Positions 49,926 to 62,235 of a DNA stretch of 64,000 nt are shown one piece after another. The stretch comes from Chlorokybus atmophyticus. Taxonomy: Eukaryota; Plantae; Mesostigma and Chlorokybus algae. Within the stretch, counting starts at the first letter, position 1; every line of letters begins with the position of its first letter. The notes under the pieces are model-generated. The model worked only from the letters and a program-made list of their open reading frames with translations. It had not been told where the DNA came from and searched no databases. The stretch lies in contig RHPI01002836.1 in NCBI GenBank assembly GCA_009103225.1, forward strand, positions 1 to 64,000, read 5' to 3'. Both the position numbers and the translations under genes were made by a program.

Positions 49926-52341
49926 CTATTGCGCCATACCTTCCTCAGCCTCTTTGAGTGCTTTCTGCATTGACATGCCATCTGGGTTGGCCAATCGACA
50001 TGGGTAGACAGCATGACAACGATTCAAATGCACAGCTGGATTACTAACCTGTGCCAGACGTGTAATGTACGCTGTTGCCACCGCTGTGGCTGCCAGACCA
50101 AGCCCCAAAGTCCAACCATGATTGACACTGGACTCGAGTGCTGCGCCAGCTACATGGTTCTTCTGCAAGTGCACGTAATGCCTCAGTGAACACCCAGACC
50201 AAGAGTCAACAAGAAGTTGACAAGCACTGATATTGCTTGGTGTAAATCTTACCAGGAGCTGTTTGCTGACATTGCCAGCGCTGACAAAAGCCCATGTTCC
50301 TGGCAACATTCCCAACCAACTGGCTGCAACATACGGCCCGAGCTCCACCGATGTCAGACCATATAGGTAGTTTGACAGCGACAGCGGCAAAAGTGGAGAT
50401 AATCTCAGCAGAGTTATGACCCGAAATGAATCCTATAATACACGACTGTTCAGATTCTCATGTTCGAAAGTGCAATCAGCCATTTCAAGAATCGCTGCCT
50501 TCACCCAATACATACCTTTCCGACTGCTTTGTCAATGGCTTGGAACTTTGGACTGTTCCGTGCCATCTTGACCACTTTATCCCGCGCAACGTATCGAGCA
50601 ATCGTGAAGGAGATGGTTGCTGCAATCTGCGGGAGAAACAGGTGGTTAAGTGGTTGGAAACCGTTCTTGTGCAACAAAGCAGCGTCAATCTGTGGCTCGC
50701 AATTGTAAAATATACCATGTGCTTACCGTTCCAGCAACGGAGGCAAGAATTGTGCCTGGCAGCACTCCAAACAAGACGCCGGCAGACATTGTCAATGGCA
50801 ACGCGGGAATCGCCAACACTTCCAAGCCAACGTAAGATACCACATACGCTACGTACCCCAAAGGTCCAAGATCTGTGCTTAACAGTAACACAAAGTAAGC
50901 CGACATAAACCTCAACACCAACCCATCCAAGCCATCCATATTACCGCACACACGTATGCACACATTTGTGCGGATACGTACACTACATACCGTCTAAATA
51001 GCCAGCCAACTGCTCCACAGCTACGTTGATAGGTTCCCTGAAGTAATACGTCAAAAACCCAAGTGCGGCAATGCCCCCTAACAGAGCACCACCCAGCAGC
51101 AGACCAGCTCCACCCATGCCACCACCGGAACCCTGCAGCAAACATGGGGTTTGTGCACAGTATGTTGGCAGGGCAGGGCGAAATAGTACCAGCGTAGAGC
51201 ATGCATGCAGCAGAAGGGCTGCTATGGTGCCAACAAAGTACCTCCGATGCGTCGGAGGTTGTCTCCTTCAGAGCCTCAACAACATGGTCGCCGTCTGCAG
51301 GTGTCGAGGCTGCGGGCTCATCCTCAGTTATTTCATACCCGTCCTCATCAAAGATTATACTTCCATCATCTCGCTTCTGCCACACAAGCATGCATCACAT
51401 CAATCACACTAAGGACTTGACATTGCGTGACAGCAGGCTGCGCTCAAGCCATTGGCGTCTAACGGCTGCTTCAACGTGTCAACTTCCTACATGCAAGCGA
51501 CATTCACTGTGCCATCAGGCTATACCGGCAGAGGCTTTGGTCATCTCAATGAACACAGCTCATGAGTATCAGAACCGTGAGTTCTGAAGCTTCATGTACA
51601 AGTAAACCAATACAGGTTGCAATAAACCACAGATGTCGACCGTGCAATGTGCGCTATGAGGCATGCAACTGTATGACGAATCTAGGACTGCATGAACGCA
51701 CAACGTTGTAAACGCTTGCGTTCGCAAACTTAAAGGCAACGCAAGTATGAGTACCAAGAAATCGAGAGGCAGCAGAAATTGCATGCATAATTTTTTTGAC
51801 ATGAAATGAGACGCAAACGTAGAAGAAAGCGTAGACGTGCCAACATGCAATACAACCAGTGTGTCATGTCTCTGCCTTATGTATGTGCTATGGGTGATGC
51901 TACGCAGCAACCCAACAATATAAAATATAGACAAGCTTGTACACAGTGTCCACTACATGATGACCAGGTTAGCTGCTTGCAATCACAAACGAGAGTGATT
52001 TAGAACAAGCTTCCATGGGCACAACACACTGTAATAGCGGTGAACAAGATGAAGGAGAAGAAAAACGAAGTTGTGTAAACAGGACGGCAAAGCTACTTAG
52101 GGAGGAGCACCTTGATCACGCTGCTGTTACTGCTGTGATGAGTGGCTTGGAGTGGCCCAACTGACCGCCTGCGAGTGGATTCAGGTTGGTTGAACTGCGA
52201 GGCCTGGCATCGTTGCCTGCAAGATGACAGCAGCCTGGGACATAGACTGGGCCGCCTGACCGAGGTAGACGCGGCGGATGATGCTCCGGCCCTCAGCAGG
52301 CACGCCGCCCCGCCAGCCGTAGCTGCAGCCGCCGCAGCCAT
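49926..52341 (-). CDS. TVP38/TMEM64 (SNARE-associated/DedA family) membrane protein, probably plastid-targeted, multi-exon
   Basis: Ala/Ser-rich N-terminus; DLGPLGYVAYVVSYVGLEVLAIPALPLTMSAGVLFG, FQAIDKAVG, LLRLSPLLPLSLSNYLYGLTSV, SWLGMLPGTWAFVSAG. Exon structure between 51380 and 52100 is uncertain. Confidence 0.88.
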
Positions 52342-53082
52342 AGCTGCAAGCTCCAGGCCACAGCCCCTGCTTATTCAAGCACCCAAGAAACACCGACTAT
52401 GTCCGAGGCCAAGCCACGCTCCGACAAGCGCTTACGCCGCCTCCAGTTTCGCCACCACCGCCGCCGCCACGCCCACAAGCGCCCGCTCAAACCCTAAGCT
52501 CCACGCAGCACGCCACGTGGGCGCCAGAGCAATCCGCCTAGCGGCTGATCCGGGTCAGGAAATTCCGGTCGCACCTCCGGATACGCATGCTTGAAGTTTT
52601 CACCCTGACCGTCTTTGGGTCTCGTAACCGCGATTCGGATTCAATCCTGAGCGCATACAAGTAACTGAGGATGTTGGTTTCAGGTTTAGATGCTGTGTTG
52701 AGGAAGATTGACTGCGATACGTGCGGTCAGATCTGACGGGAATCGGCTCTCGTGCCAACTTAAGATGCCCGCCCGCTCTAGACCTGAGCCTGCGCGCGGC
52801 GCGCGACTCGCGTGCCACCACAAACACGCGCGAGCGGCACGACCTGGATCCGCAAGCTGTTGTAGTTATCGACCCGGATCGTGTTACTGAATTTAGGGTT
52901 TGAAAGAAGGAATTGAGTTAATAACTTCAGCAGTGAGCTCAGGAGTGGTGCAGGCGGTATGCGTGCGCACGTCTTCTGCTGGGTAGTCCTCGCTGCTTAA
53001 AGCAGGCATGCATGATCTGCAGCACCAAGAGCTGCGCTGAGAGCTTGCGCAGATTTTGGGCTTTGTACTGGTCCCTGTGGTC

Positions 53083-55234
53083 ATGGCGCTGCTGGCTGCG
53101 CATGCACGTCGCATGTGCACGGCAAGGTAGACGCTATGCATAATAACGCTTGCATAACACTCCAACAGGTGTTGAGGAATGTGCTTGACCTTGCACGCGT
53201 GCCCGTTGATTGTCGCTGTTAACTGCCCTGTATTGTTTGGGAAGGTCGACATGCTGCATGCCTGTTACGAGAGCATGCGTGCCTTTATCTCTGTGCTGAT
53301 TAGCACTTGCCGTGTAGCATCTCAGCGCAAACTTGTTTCTGCTCTCCGTCGTTGGTGTGCATTAACTGCGTGCAGGGTGATTCCTGCGGCCGCAGCTGCT
53401 GTGCGGAGCTATGTTTCTCCCTCTGCAGATGCTGAGGAGATGAGGAAGTTTGCAAAGATGGCGGACTCCTGGTGAGTTACAGCGGTGTTTGGCACTTCAA
53501 TGATAATGATTGTTTACGCACGTTGCGCACTGCATGTGCCATGGCTGTGTTGTCTTCTATCACTAGTGTATGGACTTAACAACTCTAACCATACAACGCC
53601 CCTGTGCCTGTGAGTACATTACAGGTCACATAATTTAGTGTACAGCTTGCACAAGTGAAAGCAGTCATTTTGCAGCTTGTATTACAAATGCAAGTTTGCT
53701 TAAGCTGTCAAAACTGTTTGCATTGCTGCATTGCTTGCTAACGAGTTTAATATTAATAAGCAGTTGTTGGTGGAGTCGTAAGTACTTTGGATTGCCAGTT
53801 GCTATCACGTGGTGTGCGTGCTTTATCCTTGGCTATGCCGTGTGCAGCAGGCATTGTTGTTTGCTTCAGTTGCAGCTTGTGTGCGCAGGGCTCAGAGTAA
53901 TACATGTGCTTGCAGGTGGGATCCGAAAGGACCATATGCTGCACTGCACGCTATGAACCCCACACGCGTATCATTCATTCGCAAAGTGCTTTCACGACAT
54001 TTTGGGTATGTTGAGGAAATGCAAAGCTGAGAAGGGGGCTGTGTTTTGTCAACTGATTATTCAAATGACAACATTGTGTGTCCTGTACATGCCCAGGCGA
54101 GATTCTTTTGCCTCAGAACCATTGAAGGACCTGAGGTTGTTGGATGTTGGATGCGGAGGTGGACTTCTCTCCGAGGCAAGGCGCTGGTACATACAACAAG
54201 CTTTTGCCACCACATCTTCCTGCATGCTGCACTCATGCTTCCGCCATGCTGGCTCAGCGTGAACTCATGTCTGGCAGTCACTCGCGCGGCTTGGGGCCAA
54301 TGTGACAGGCATTGACTTGACGGCTGAGAGCGTGAAGGTTGCACAAACGCATGCGTTGAGGAATACGCACACTCCACGGATACGGTACATGGCTACCAGT
54401 GCTGAGAATCTTTTGGCCCGAGGAGAAACATTTGATGCCGTGCTGGCATTGGAGGTACAGGACTCTTCTGGTGATCTTTTGTTCACCATTTCTTGCATTC
54501 AAGTGTGCAATGTTCAGCTTTGCTACCTTGAACTTCGCTGAGGCATGTCGTAGTGTGGATGGAGGCATGTGCAGGTTACTTCTCATTGATGCAAGTCTCT
54601 CTGTGTGACCGTCTGAGCCTGTTGTACAGGTCATTGAACATACTGCAAGCCCTGCACAGTTCGTCAAGACATTAGTGCGTCTCACCAACTATGATGGCGC
54701 TCTGTGCATCTCAACAATCAACAGGACTCCACGCTCGTACGCGCTCGCAATACTTGGTGCTGAGTACATTCTCCGCTGGGTATATTGCTATAAAGCTGTT
54801 ACGCTGACTGCCTTGGCAAAATCTTTGCTTTGGTTTATTGTATTGTCGGTTTTCAGGTCCCCAAGGGCACACACGACTGGAATCGTTTTGTCACCCCGGA
54901 GGAGTTGGCACTGATGCTGCAGAGATCTGGTGCTGAGGTATGTATGAAGGTTCTTAATTGTGAGCACTGCATTAAGACAGTCAGATGGTCCATTGCTAAG
55001 GTGGTAGTTAGGTTGTTGCGGCTGCTGTGTGCCTGCCATGTGCAGCAGCCCACAAGCTGATGACATGATTCTATCCAGATGGAGTCTTTGGCTGGGATGG
55101 TGTACAACCCACTCAGCAGAGAATGGAGCCTTGTGAGTGACGACGGTGTGAACTACATTGCAGCGGCACGCAGAACCTTTCGCGGTGGCGGTCGGCCGCC
55201 GCAGCATATTGATGTACGGGCATCAGTCTTGTAG
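53083..55234 (+). CDS. COQ3: Ubiquinone biosynthesis O-methyltransferase COQ3/UbiG; exon 1 tentative
   Basis: EMRKFAKMADSW|WDPKGPYAALHAMNPTR, LDVGCGGGLLSE|SLARLGANVTGID, FDAVLALE|VIEH, STINRT, GAEYILRW|VPKGTHDW, GMVYNPL. One GC-AG intron (54176-54277). Confidence 0.93.
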
Positions 55235-55519
55235 ACCAGTCGTTCAGGCAATTAGGGATGCAGGTGAATGTGTGCATGTGTTTCCGTGCAGGAGGCATGG
55301 AAGCTTGGTTGCAACTGCACCCAATTCCAATGCGTAGCAGATTGCAGTAGCAAGACCCGACGTGCACGATATGTACAGATTGATATTGATTTCTCACAGA
55401 ATGAGATGGTGCGCATTTCTGAACTGTGATTGCTAGATTGTTATAACAGCGACCATGATTAGCTTATGGAAACCAACCAGCAGGCGACATATGTGTATGT
55501 ACATACAATTCAAAACGGC

Positions 55520-55900
55520 AATGCACATGCATAGTGGCATGCACAGTCAGCAGCATGCAGAGTGACATAGTGCATACCAGCAACACCATTGTCAGGTTGA
55601 CCACCGGGTTCATTCACTACCTCACACGCTGCACTATCCCTACCACCTCGCCATGTAAGCACGCACATGCATTTGCGTTCACCTGCACAACGGCCGTTGG
55701 TTAGCGGCCCAATCTTAAAGCCGAGGCAGCAGCAGCAGCAGCAGCAGACCCAACGGACTCCCCCTCCTCCGCCCACATCACCACCTCCACCCACAACTGC
55801 GTCATACGCCCTGCTGTGGCTGCGACGTTAGGGTTTGCGCCCATTGGCGCGCAGCAAGCATACGCACAGCACGTAGCACTCCCTTTTCGCAGTGCTGTGT
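55520..55900 (-). repeat. Inverted copy of the dispersed repeat at 24110-24455
   Basis: See 24110-24455; contains a (CAG)n run. Confidence 0.85.
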
Positions 55901-56325
55901 GCTGTGGTGGAGTGTTAGTGAGGGTCTGAATGTGTCTGTGCGCTTTTGTGTCCTTGACAAGCATGTATGGATCAAACCCAACCAGTATCTTGCCTTCCAA
56001 GGACGTTGTAACTTCAGTGCACAGACTTTCAGTGTGCTTGTGGGCGTTCAACATGCAAGTGCGTACACGCATATGATCCAGCACCAACACAAATGCGCAC
56101 GCACGCACCCAGTACGCACGTGCACTTGCGCACAGAAAGACACAAGTGCACGTGCAAGCACATGCCGGCACATGTGCATGCACTAAAGCAGATACGCACA
56201 AAACTGTGCTGAACATGGGTGAGGTTGACCAGACTCACATCAGAGTGCGCTCACTTGGCGGAATAAGCATAGACCTACAATACTGTTGAGTGTTTAGTTC
56301 GTGTTTCTGGCACGCACGCGTGTGC

Positions 56326-57150
56326 TTACGTGCCAGAAACAAGGCACGCCCCATTCCACTGAACACACTCATCTTCGCAGTACTGCTTGCCAGCGAGCGT
56401 AATGTCGTGCGTGCTGGGGGCGGTGGGATTAGTTTCAAAGGCGATAACCGACCTGAACTGCCCGTACTTCATCATTTTGTCCTTCATGTCGAAACATGCG
56501 GAGAACTCGCTGCACCCGCACAATTTGCCTGATCTTTGTAGGGGGCAACACGTGGCGAGGATGCGCCACGAGACGCAACCAGTGTTACTAATGTCATGCA
56601 GCCAGTTGATGGGTTGGCTTCTCAGCTGGACTCGAGCGAATTTGTAGTCACACGTACACACAATGAACACCTCTGGTCTCGCATTCTTCCCCACTTCATA
56701 AACGGAACCAATGCCGGACCAATGTCGGGTTGCTAACTTGAGCCTCCTCACGCCTTTCGGGTGCACGTGCGGGACCACATTGCGCCCTTTCTCCCCATGT
56801 GCCTTTCTCTTCTCGTTCATCTCATCCTCCTGCAAACTAGGAACAAGAATAACCTCCTCCCCTTTCTCAATACGCAAAAGGCCACCTATGCATCCTTTGA
56901 AACATGAGCTATAGCACCCGCGCACAACATCCTTGATGCCACCTGCCTGGTACGAAGGCCACGTTGTGTCATAGTATCTCTCTTTCACCTCATCAGCAAG
57001 CTGCATCCATGTTGTGTTCACGCAGTTCAAGGATGCCAAGCCCCGTGGACACAACTTGTCGATGACCAGAGCCAGGAAGTGAGGATTGTCAGGGACTGCA
57101 GGGTGGGCGCTCGCGGTGTGAAGACGGCGAGACAACGACCTTGTGCGCAT
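56326..57150 (-). CDS. Intronless 274-aa ORF with an N-terminal F-box-like motif
   Basis: PDNPHFLALVIDKLCPRGLASLNCVNTTWMQLAD fits F-box spacing (LA...CV...W..LA). The ORF is open to a stop at 56326; the rest is unrecognised. Confidence 0.5.
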   Translation of the reverse strand: MRTRSLSRRLHTASAHPAVPDNPHFLALVIDKLCPRGLASLNCVNTTWMQLADEVKERYYDTTWPSYQAGGIKDVVRGCYSSCFKGCIGGLLRIEKGEEVILVPSLQEDEMNEKRKAHGEKGRNVVPHVHPKGVRRLKLATRHWSGIGSVYEVGKNARPEVFIVCTCDYKFARVQLRSQPINWLHDISNTGCVSWRILATCCPLQRSGKLCGCSEFSACFDMKDKMMKYGQFRSVIAFETNPTAPSTHDITLAGKQYCEDECVQWNGACLVSGT

Positions 57151-57314
57151 GGCTGAAGAGAATGTGTTAAGACAACGAATCAGAAGTGTACGTGCGTGCG
57201 TGAGCATGTGTGTGGGCAGGTGGGGAGAGGGGCGTGAGGGTGTGGGGGAGCTTGCGTGTGAGGAACGCGCGCACACACACGCATGCACGAGACGCAGTTG
57301 CGAAGGCACACGCG

Positions 57315-57616
<302 letters not shown>

Positions 57617-59196
57617 AGGTGGAAACAAGGTTGCAAAAGCCGCTTTAGCAAACTCTGGCCACCTGAGGAGGGTATTTCTCAAAGTGCATAGCTGACGGCC
57701 TTCTTACTGCCACCGCCGCCGCAAAGCAGGCGGCAGAAGTGTCGCATCAGTGGAATTTTCATACAGATTGAAGCTTAGAAACTCTGAAGGGAAGTTTCTG
57801 TTTGGTAAGATCGTGTTCCTGGGCCAGCACACGCTGGAAATGTTGTTTGCTGAGCTCTCATCATGTCATGTGTCCCACAGACTGTGGGACTCCCACTGGG
57901 CTATGCCAAGTGCGAGAGTGAGTTTTTCCCTTCCGGCTTGACCTCATTGACCTTGGGCAAGACACATCAATGCAGTCACAAGGACTTGATGAACTGCGTA
58001 GTTGCAGTTGAGTAGGGTGCTGTGTGTCAGTGTTCGTCATGCTACTAATGAAGCTTGTTTGTTTACCCTATGTATAGACAATGCTTACCGTTACGCATTT
58101 GCAATGCCCTCATTTTTCATAGTGCCTTTCGGATTTGTACCAAAGATCATTATGTGTTTGCGCATTTAAAGATGGGGGCATGGTGTCGTGGTTGGATTAC
58201 TCTAATTACATTTGCTTAATTGCATAACTTGCATTTATGATAAACATGTAGCATAATTCGGATTCAAATGTTACATATTGTGAATTTGTGTGTGTCTGTG
58301 TTTGTGTTCCTATACATATGGGAACTATGTACAAGAATGGAGCATAGTGTAGCTTGATGTGCCCCCTTTGATGTAACACGTGTTGTATACGGGAGTAAAT
58401 GTAATGGAGGTTATTATAAACGGGCAAATACGGTATGCATATATAGAGATCTTGTTAATGTGCATAAGTACATCATTATATTTTTAAATCGCAATAAGAT
58501 GCGAAAGAAAGTGTACTAGACATGCACAAGTCAGTTGATGAGCGAGCTCACATGCAGCAAATGAAAGCTTTAGAGGAATAAAACACACACATGCTACATG
58601 TTAGCTGTAACACTGGCGCCAGAACCACTAGGCTACGGGAGCAAAATACGCTACTTTGGGAGAACATAGCATGTATGCAGCCATAGCATGTATGCAGCCA
58701 CATATATGTTATATAAGCGACACAACGTGAGTAAGTGCGTCACTATGAGGCAACGACTCAGGTGGTCAGAGCGATTCAATTATCGCATCAGCGTACAGAA
58801 CGGTGCACAAGTCATGCTTTGCGGACAGTGGTTAACTAGCACAGCCCACGTGGCAACATTATATTGTCACGTAATAACATTGGAAAGCCTCACGAAACAC
58901 GTGATATACAACCACTCGCCATTTAATGCTGCACCCACTTAATAACAAATACACAATAAAATCTTTTGCCAGTCTGATCCTTATGTATGTAAGCACTGTC
59001 TGTGCATGTTCAGCACAGATTGTGTCATATTTAAGTAATTAATATGAGTATGAGTATTGTCGTGCAAGCGAGGTGACAAGGTTACCTTGTTCACGCATTA
59101 ATTTTATATTTAGTGTGTACTACAAGAACGGTAGAAAGTCCACTGAAGACTCGACGAACATCAAGAGATTATATCAAGAAAGATTTTCAACATTAC

Positions 59197-59432
59197 TGTC
59201 GTGCAGGTAAGCCTCGGCTGCGAGTTATGTCTCGTAGGTAGAAAACATACAATGTGGCGTGTAATTGCGCAGAGCAAGTGGTGCTGCGGTACAGCTTGCG
59301 GGGTGATAAGTAAAGGAGCCTGAGGGCTGCAGTACTTGTAGTGATGGAGTAGTAAGTGCAGGGAGAGAGTGGTAAGGGAAAAACAAACTGTGCAGTCCCC
59401 TAAGCTTGGTATGAGGTCGTGGTTACTCAACA
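59197..59432 (-). repeat. LTR of the Gypsy-DNMT/PHD family
   Basis: TGTCGTGCAGG...CTCAACA, homologous to 60065-60202 joined to 62131-62235. Confidence 0.75.
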
Positions 59433-60202
59433 AGCTCCTTGACCAAGGATGCATGTGAACAAGCACACAGCAGTCGTGCAAGTGTGTTCATGTGTGACTC
59501 AAGTTTGCTAAGTGAAGCGAGTTCACGTGATGCAAGCACTCACTCAAAAGCAATCTAGTGGATGCCTACAACCGCGGCTGAGGCACCCCGCGGTTGTGGT
59601 GCAAGGCACGCAAAGTATCGTGTTAGACAGGGGAGGATGCAGCTCGCATGCAATGGGGCAATGGCCACGCCAGGAGGTTAACACAGTAATGCAAGAGACA
59701 GATACAGCACCATGGGCAGGGCAACAGCAGGGAAAAAGGTGTACAGCAAGGAATTCGGGCAACAGCTATTACAAGTTTAACTCTTACACAAAACAGTGTG
59801 CACGCACGCAGATCGCCTAGTCTGATGGTGACTTTTGAAAGTTTTGACAGAGACGACCAATTCCTTAGGATTTGCTTAAGAAAGCTGTTGATGTTGGCCA
59901 CCGCCACTACCCTGCTTCCTATTAGCTGACACCCAAAGAGGTGTCAATGGGTCTTGTCACGCTATCCAACACCTGGTGAACCGGTTTTACCAATTCTGAT
60001 GCTTGTGGGGGCGCACAAGGGGTGCAAGGGAGAAGTGCGTGCCGAAGGTTATCATTGTGACAGCTGTCGTGCAGGTAAGCCTCAACTGCGGGTTATGTCT
60101 TGCAGGGAGAACACATACAGTGTGGGGTGTAAGTGCGCAGAGCAAGTGCTGCTGTGTACATCTTGCGGGGTGATAAGTGAAGGAGCGTGAGGACTGCAGT
60201 AC

Positions 60203-62130
60203 TATTGAGGATACTCCTACATCTAGATCAATAGGTCAATCGGTCAGTTTCCCCTCTACGTAAAAATAGCAGCCTGAAGGTTCCAAGCAAAGACTCCCAA
60301 AGGTTCAGACGCGGAATTGAGTTAAGAGAAGCTTCCAAGCCTGGACTTGTACACTCTCTAGCACTTTGAAACTCTCTTATCGGTATAGAGTCGCTAGTCA
60401 CGATGTAGCATGTGCACATGCTAAGATCCTGTAATGCATGGTTTCCTTCACGTTGGTGTTGCTGTCGGCGTGCGTACATGTGTATGTGTATGCTTCTCAT
60501 CGTCCATCACAATAGGTTATGGCCAAACGCACTACAACCCACACATGCTTGTGTGGGTTGTAATGCATTTGATTGTGTATAGCTGTAGTTGCTTGATGGG
60601 GCGAAGGTTGCAAGGTTTGCAAGTAGCAAGGGGCGATAAGGCCATCATGGACGATTTTGAAAGTCGCGATAAAAACATTGGACTGGACGTTGGAGGAGAG
60701 AACACAAGCAACGTGAAGATGCAGATGCACGAGTACATGAACCAAGAGAAGGGGATGGTGGCAATCTCCTGGTAACCAAAGAGAAGTACGTGAAGTACTT
60801 GGAAAAGGGGGCATCCTTTGTACGAAGCTGAACTAGCTTAAGTTGCTGAGCGTGAGAAGTACTTGGTGGAAGAGGCGTCTTTAATACGTGGGAGCTGAAG
60901 ATGTCAACTCGTGTTGCTGAGTGCGAGAAATACTTGGTGGAGCTTGGTGAAGCGCTTGAAGGAATGAGAGAGGCAACCCGTGGTAAGCACGTTGATGTGC
61001 TTGGTGGAAGAAAGGGGAGCAGCTGGCAACCCTTGAGGTCAAGCACGGTGAAGTGTTTGACGGATCTTCCGGGAAGGGGAGCGAGGGCAGTCCTTGATGG
61101 AGCACGGTAAAGTGCTTGGTACTTAGGTTGAAGCACGTGGAGTGCCACCAAGGCTTAGCTGAAGGTGCATGTGAGGGAGCATGACAAGCATCCTGGAAGC
61201 GTGAACGTTTTGAAGCTTGACATGGAACATCTTGGAGGCGTGAACCCTGGAAGCTGGACGAAGAAGCATATGGACGTGGACATGGAGATGTTCATGGTGT
61301 GCAAGGTTGCTGCAATGACAAGGGTTGAGGATGGAGCTTTCAAGATACCACAAGGAAATGAGCAATAAGGAGGCACAAGGAGATTGCAATTGCGAAGCCC
61401 ATGGGAGCTGCAAGAGGTGGAGAGCAAGATGGCTTAAAGAGTTATGGGGCTAATACCATAGGCGGAGGCGCTGTCAACGAGGATAGGTGCAACGGGTGCA
61501 TAAAGGCAACGAGTATGTTGAGCACGAGAGCAAGAGGTTAAAGGTCAAAACCATGAGGCTCGAGTTGCTGTGGAGGTGAAGAACTTCAAGATCATCTTTG
61601 AGAAGCATGGAGGTGCGAGAAGAAGTGAAGGCTTGCGTGAGAGCAAGTGGTGTGCGTGAGTAGCGGAGCTAATGTTGAAGGTCAAGCTGCTCGCGTGGGA
61701 GTGTTGAGGATATTTCTACATCTAGGTCAATAAATCAGTTGGTCAGCTTGCCCTCTACATAGGAATAGCAACAAAAAGGATCAAAGCGAAGACTCGGGAA
61801 GGTCCAAGCGCGAACATCAGTCAAGAAAAGGTTTTAGGCGCGGCGCGGACATGAGTTTGGAAGTTCAGGCGCGATCGAAGAATGATGACAGCTTGGTGGT
61901 TACTTGGCCACATGGCATGTTTCGCAGCATGTTGGAAAGCTTTTTGAGTTTGCTACGTGGAGCAACCTTGAGCGCATTCAGTTGAGTGTGCTAGATGCAA
62001 TAGCTTTGGGAGTAGAAGCATGTGTAGTTGGCGGGTAAAGAAGCCTGTAATGCAAGGTTTCCTACGCGTTGGTGTTGATGTTGGCGTGCACACATATATA
62101 TGTATATGCTTCTCATCGTCCATCTCAACC
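60203..62130 (+). mobile_element. Internally deleted Copia-like element nested inside a Gypsy LTR
   Basis: LTRs ~60203-60512 and 61702-62130; near-TSD AGTAC/GGTAC; AGGTTATGGCC after the 5' LTR resembles the copia-type PBS; remnant KHMDV...VEDG...NEQ resembles Copia RNase H. Removing it rejoins the host LTR. Confidence 0.7.
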
Positions 62131-62235
62131 GGTACTTGTGGTGATGGAGTAGTAGTGGATTCAGCGAGAGAGTCGTAAGGGATAATCAAATTATGTAGTC
62201 CCCTAAGCTTGGTACGAGGTCGCGGTTACTCAACA

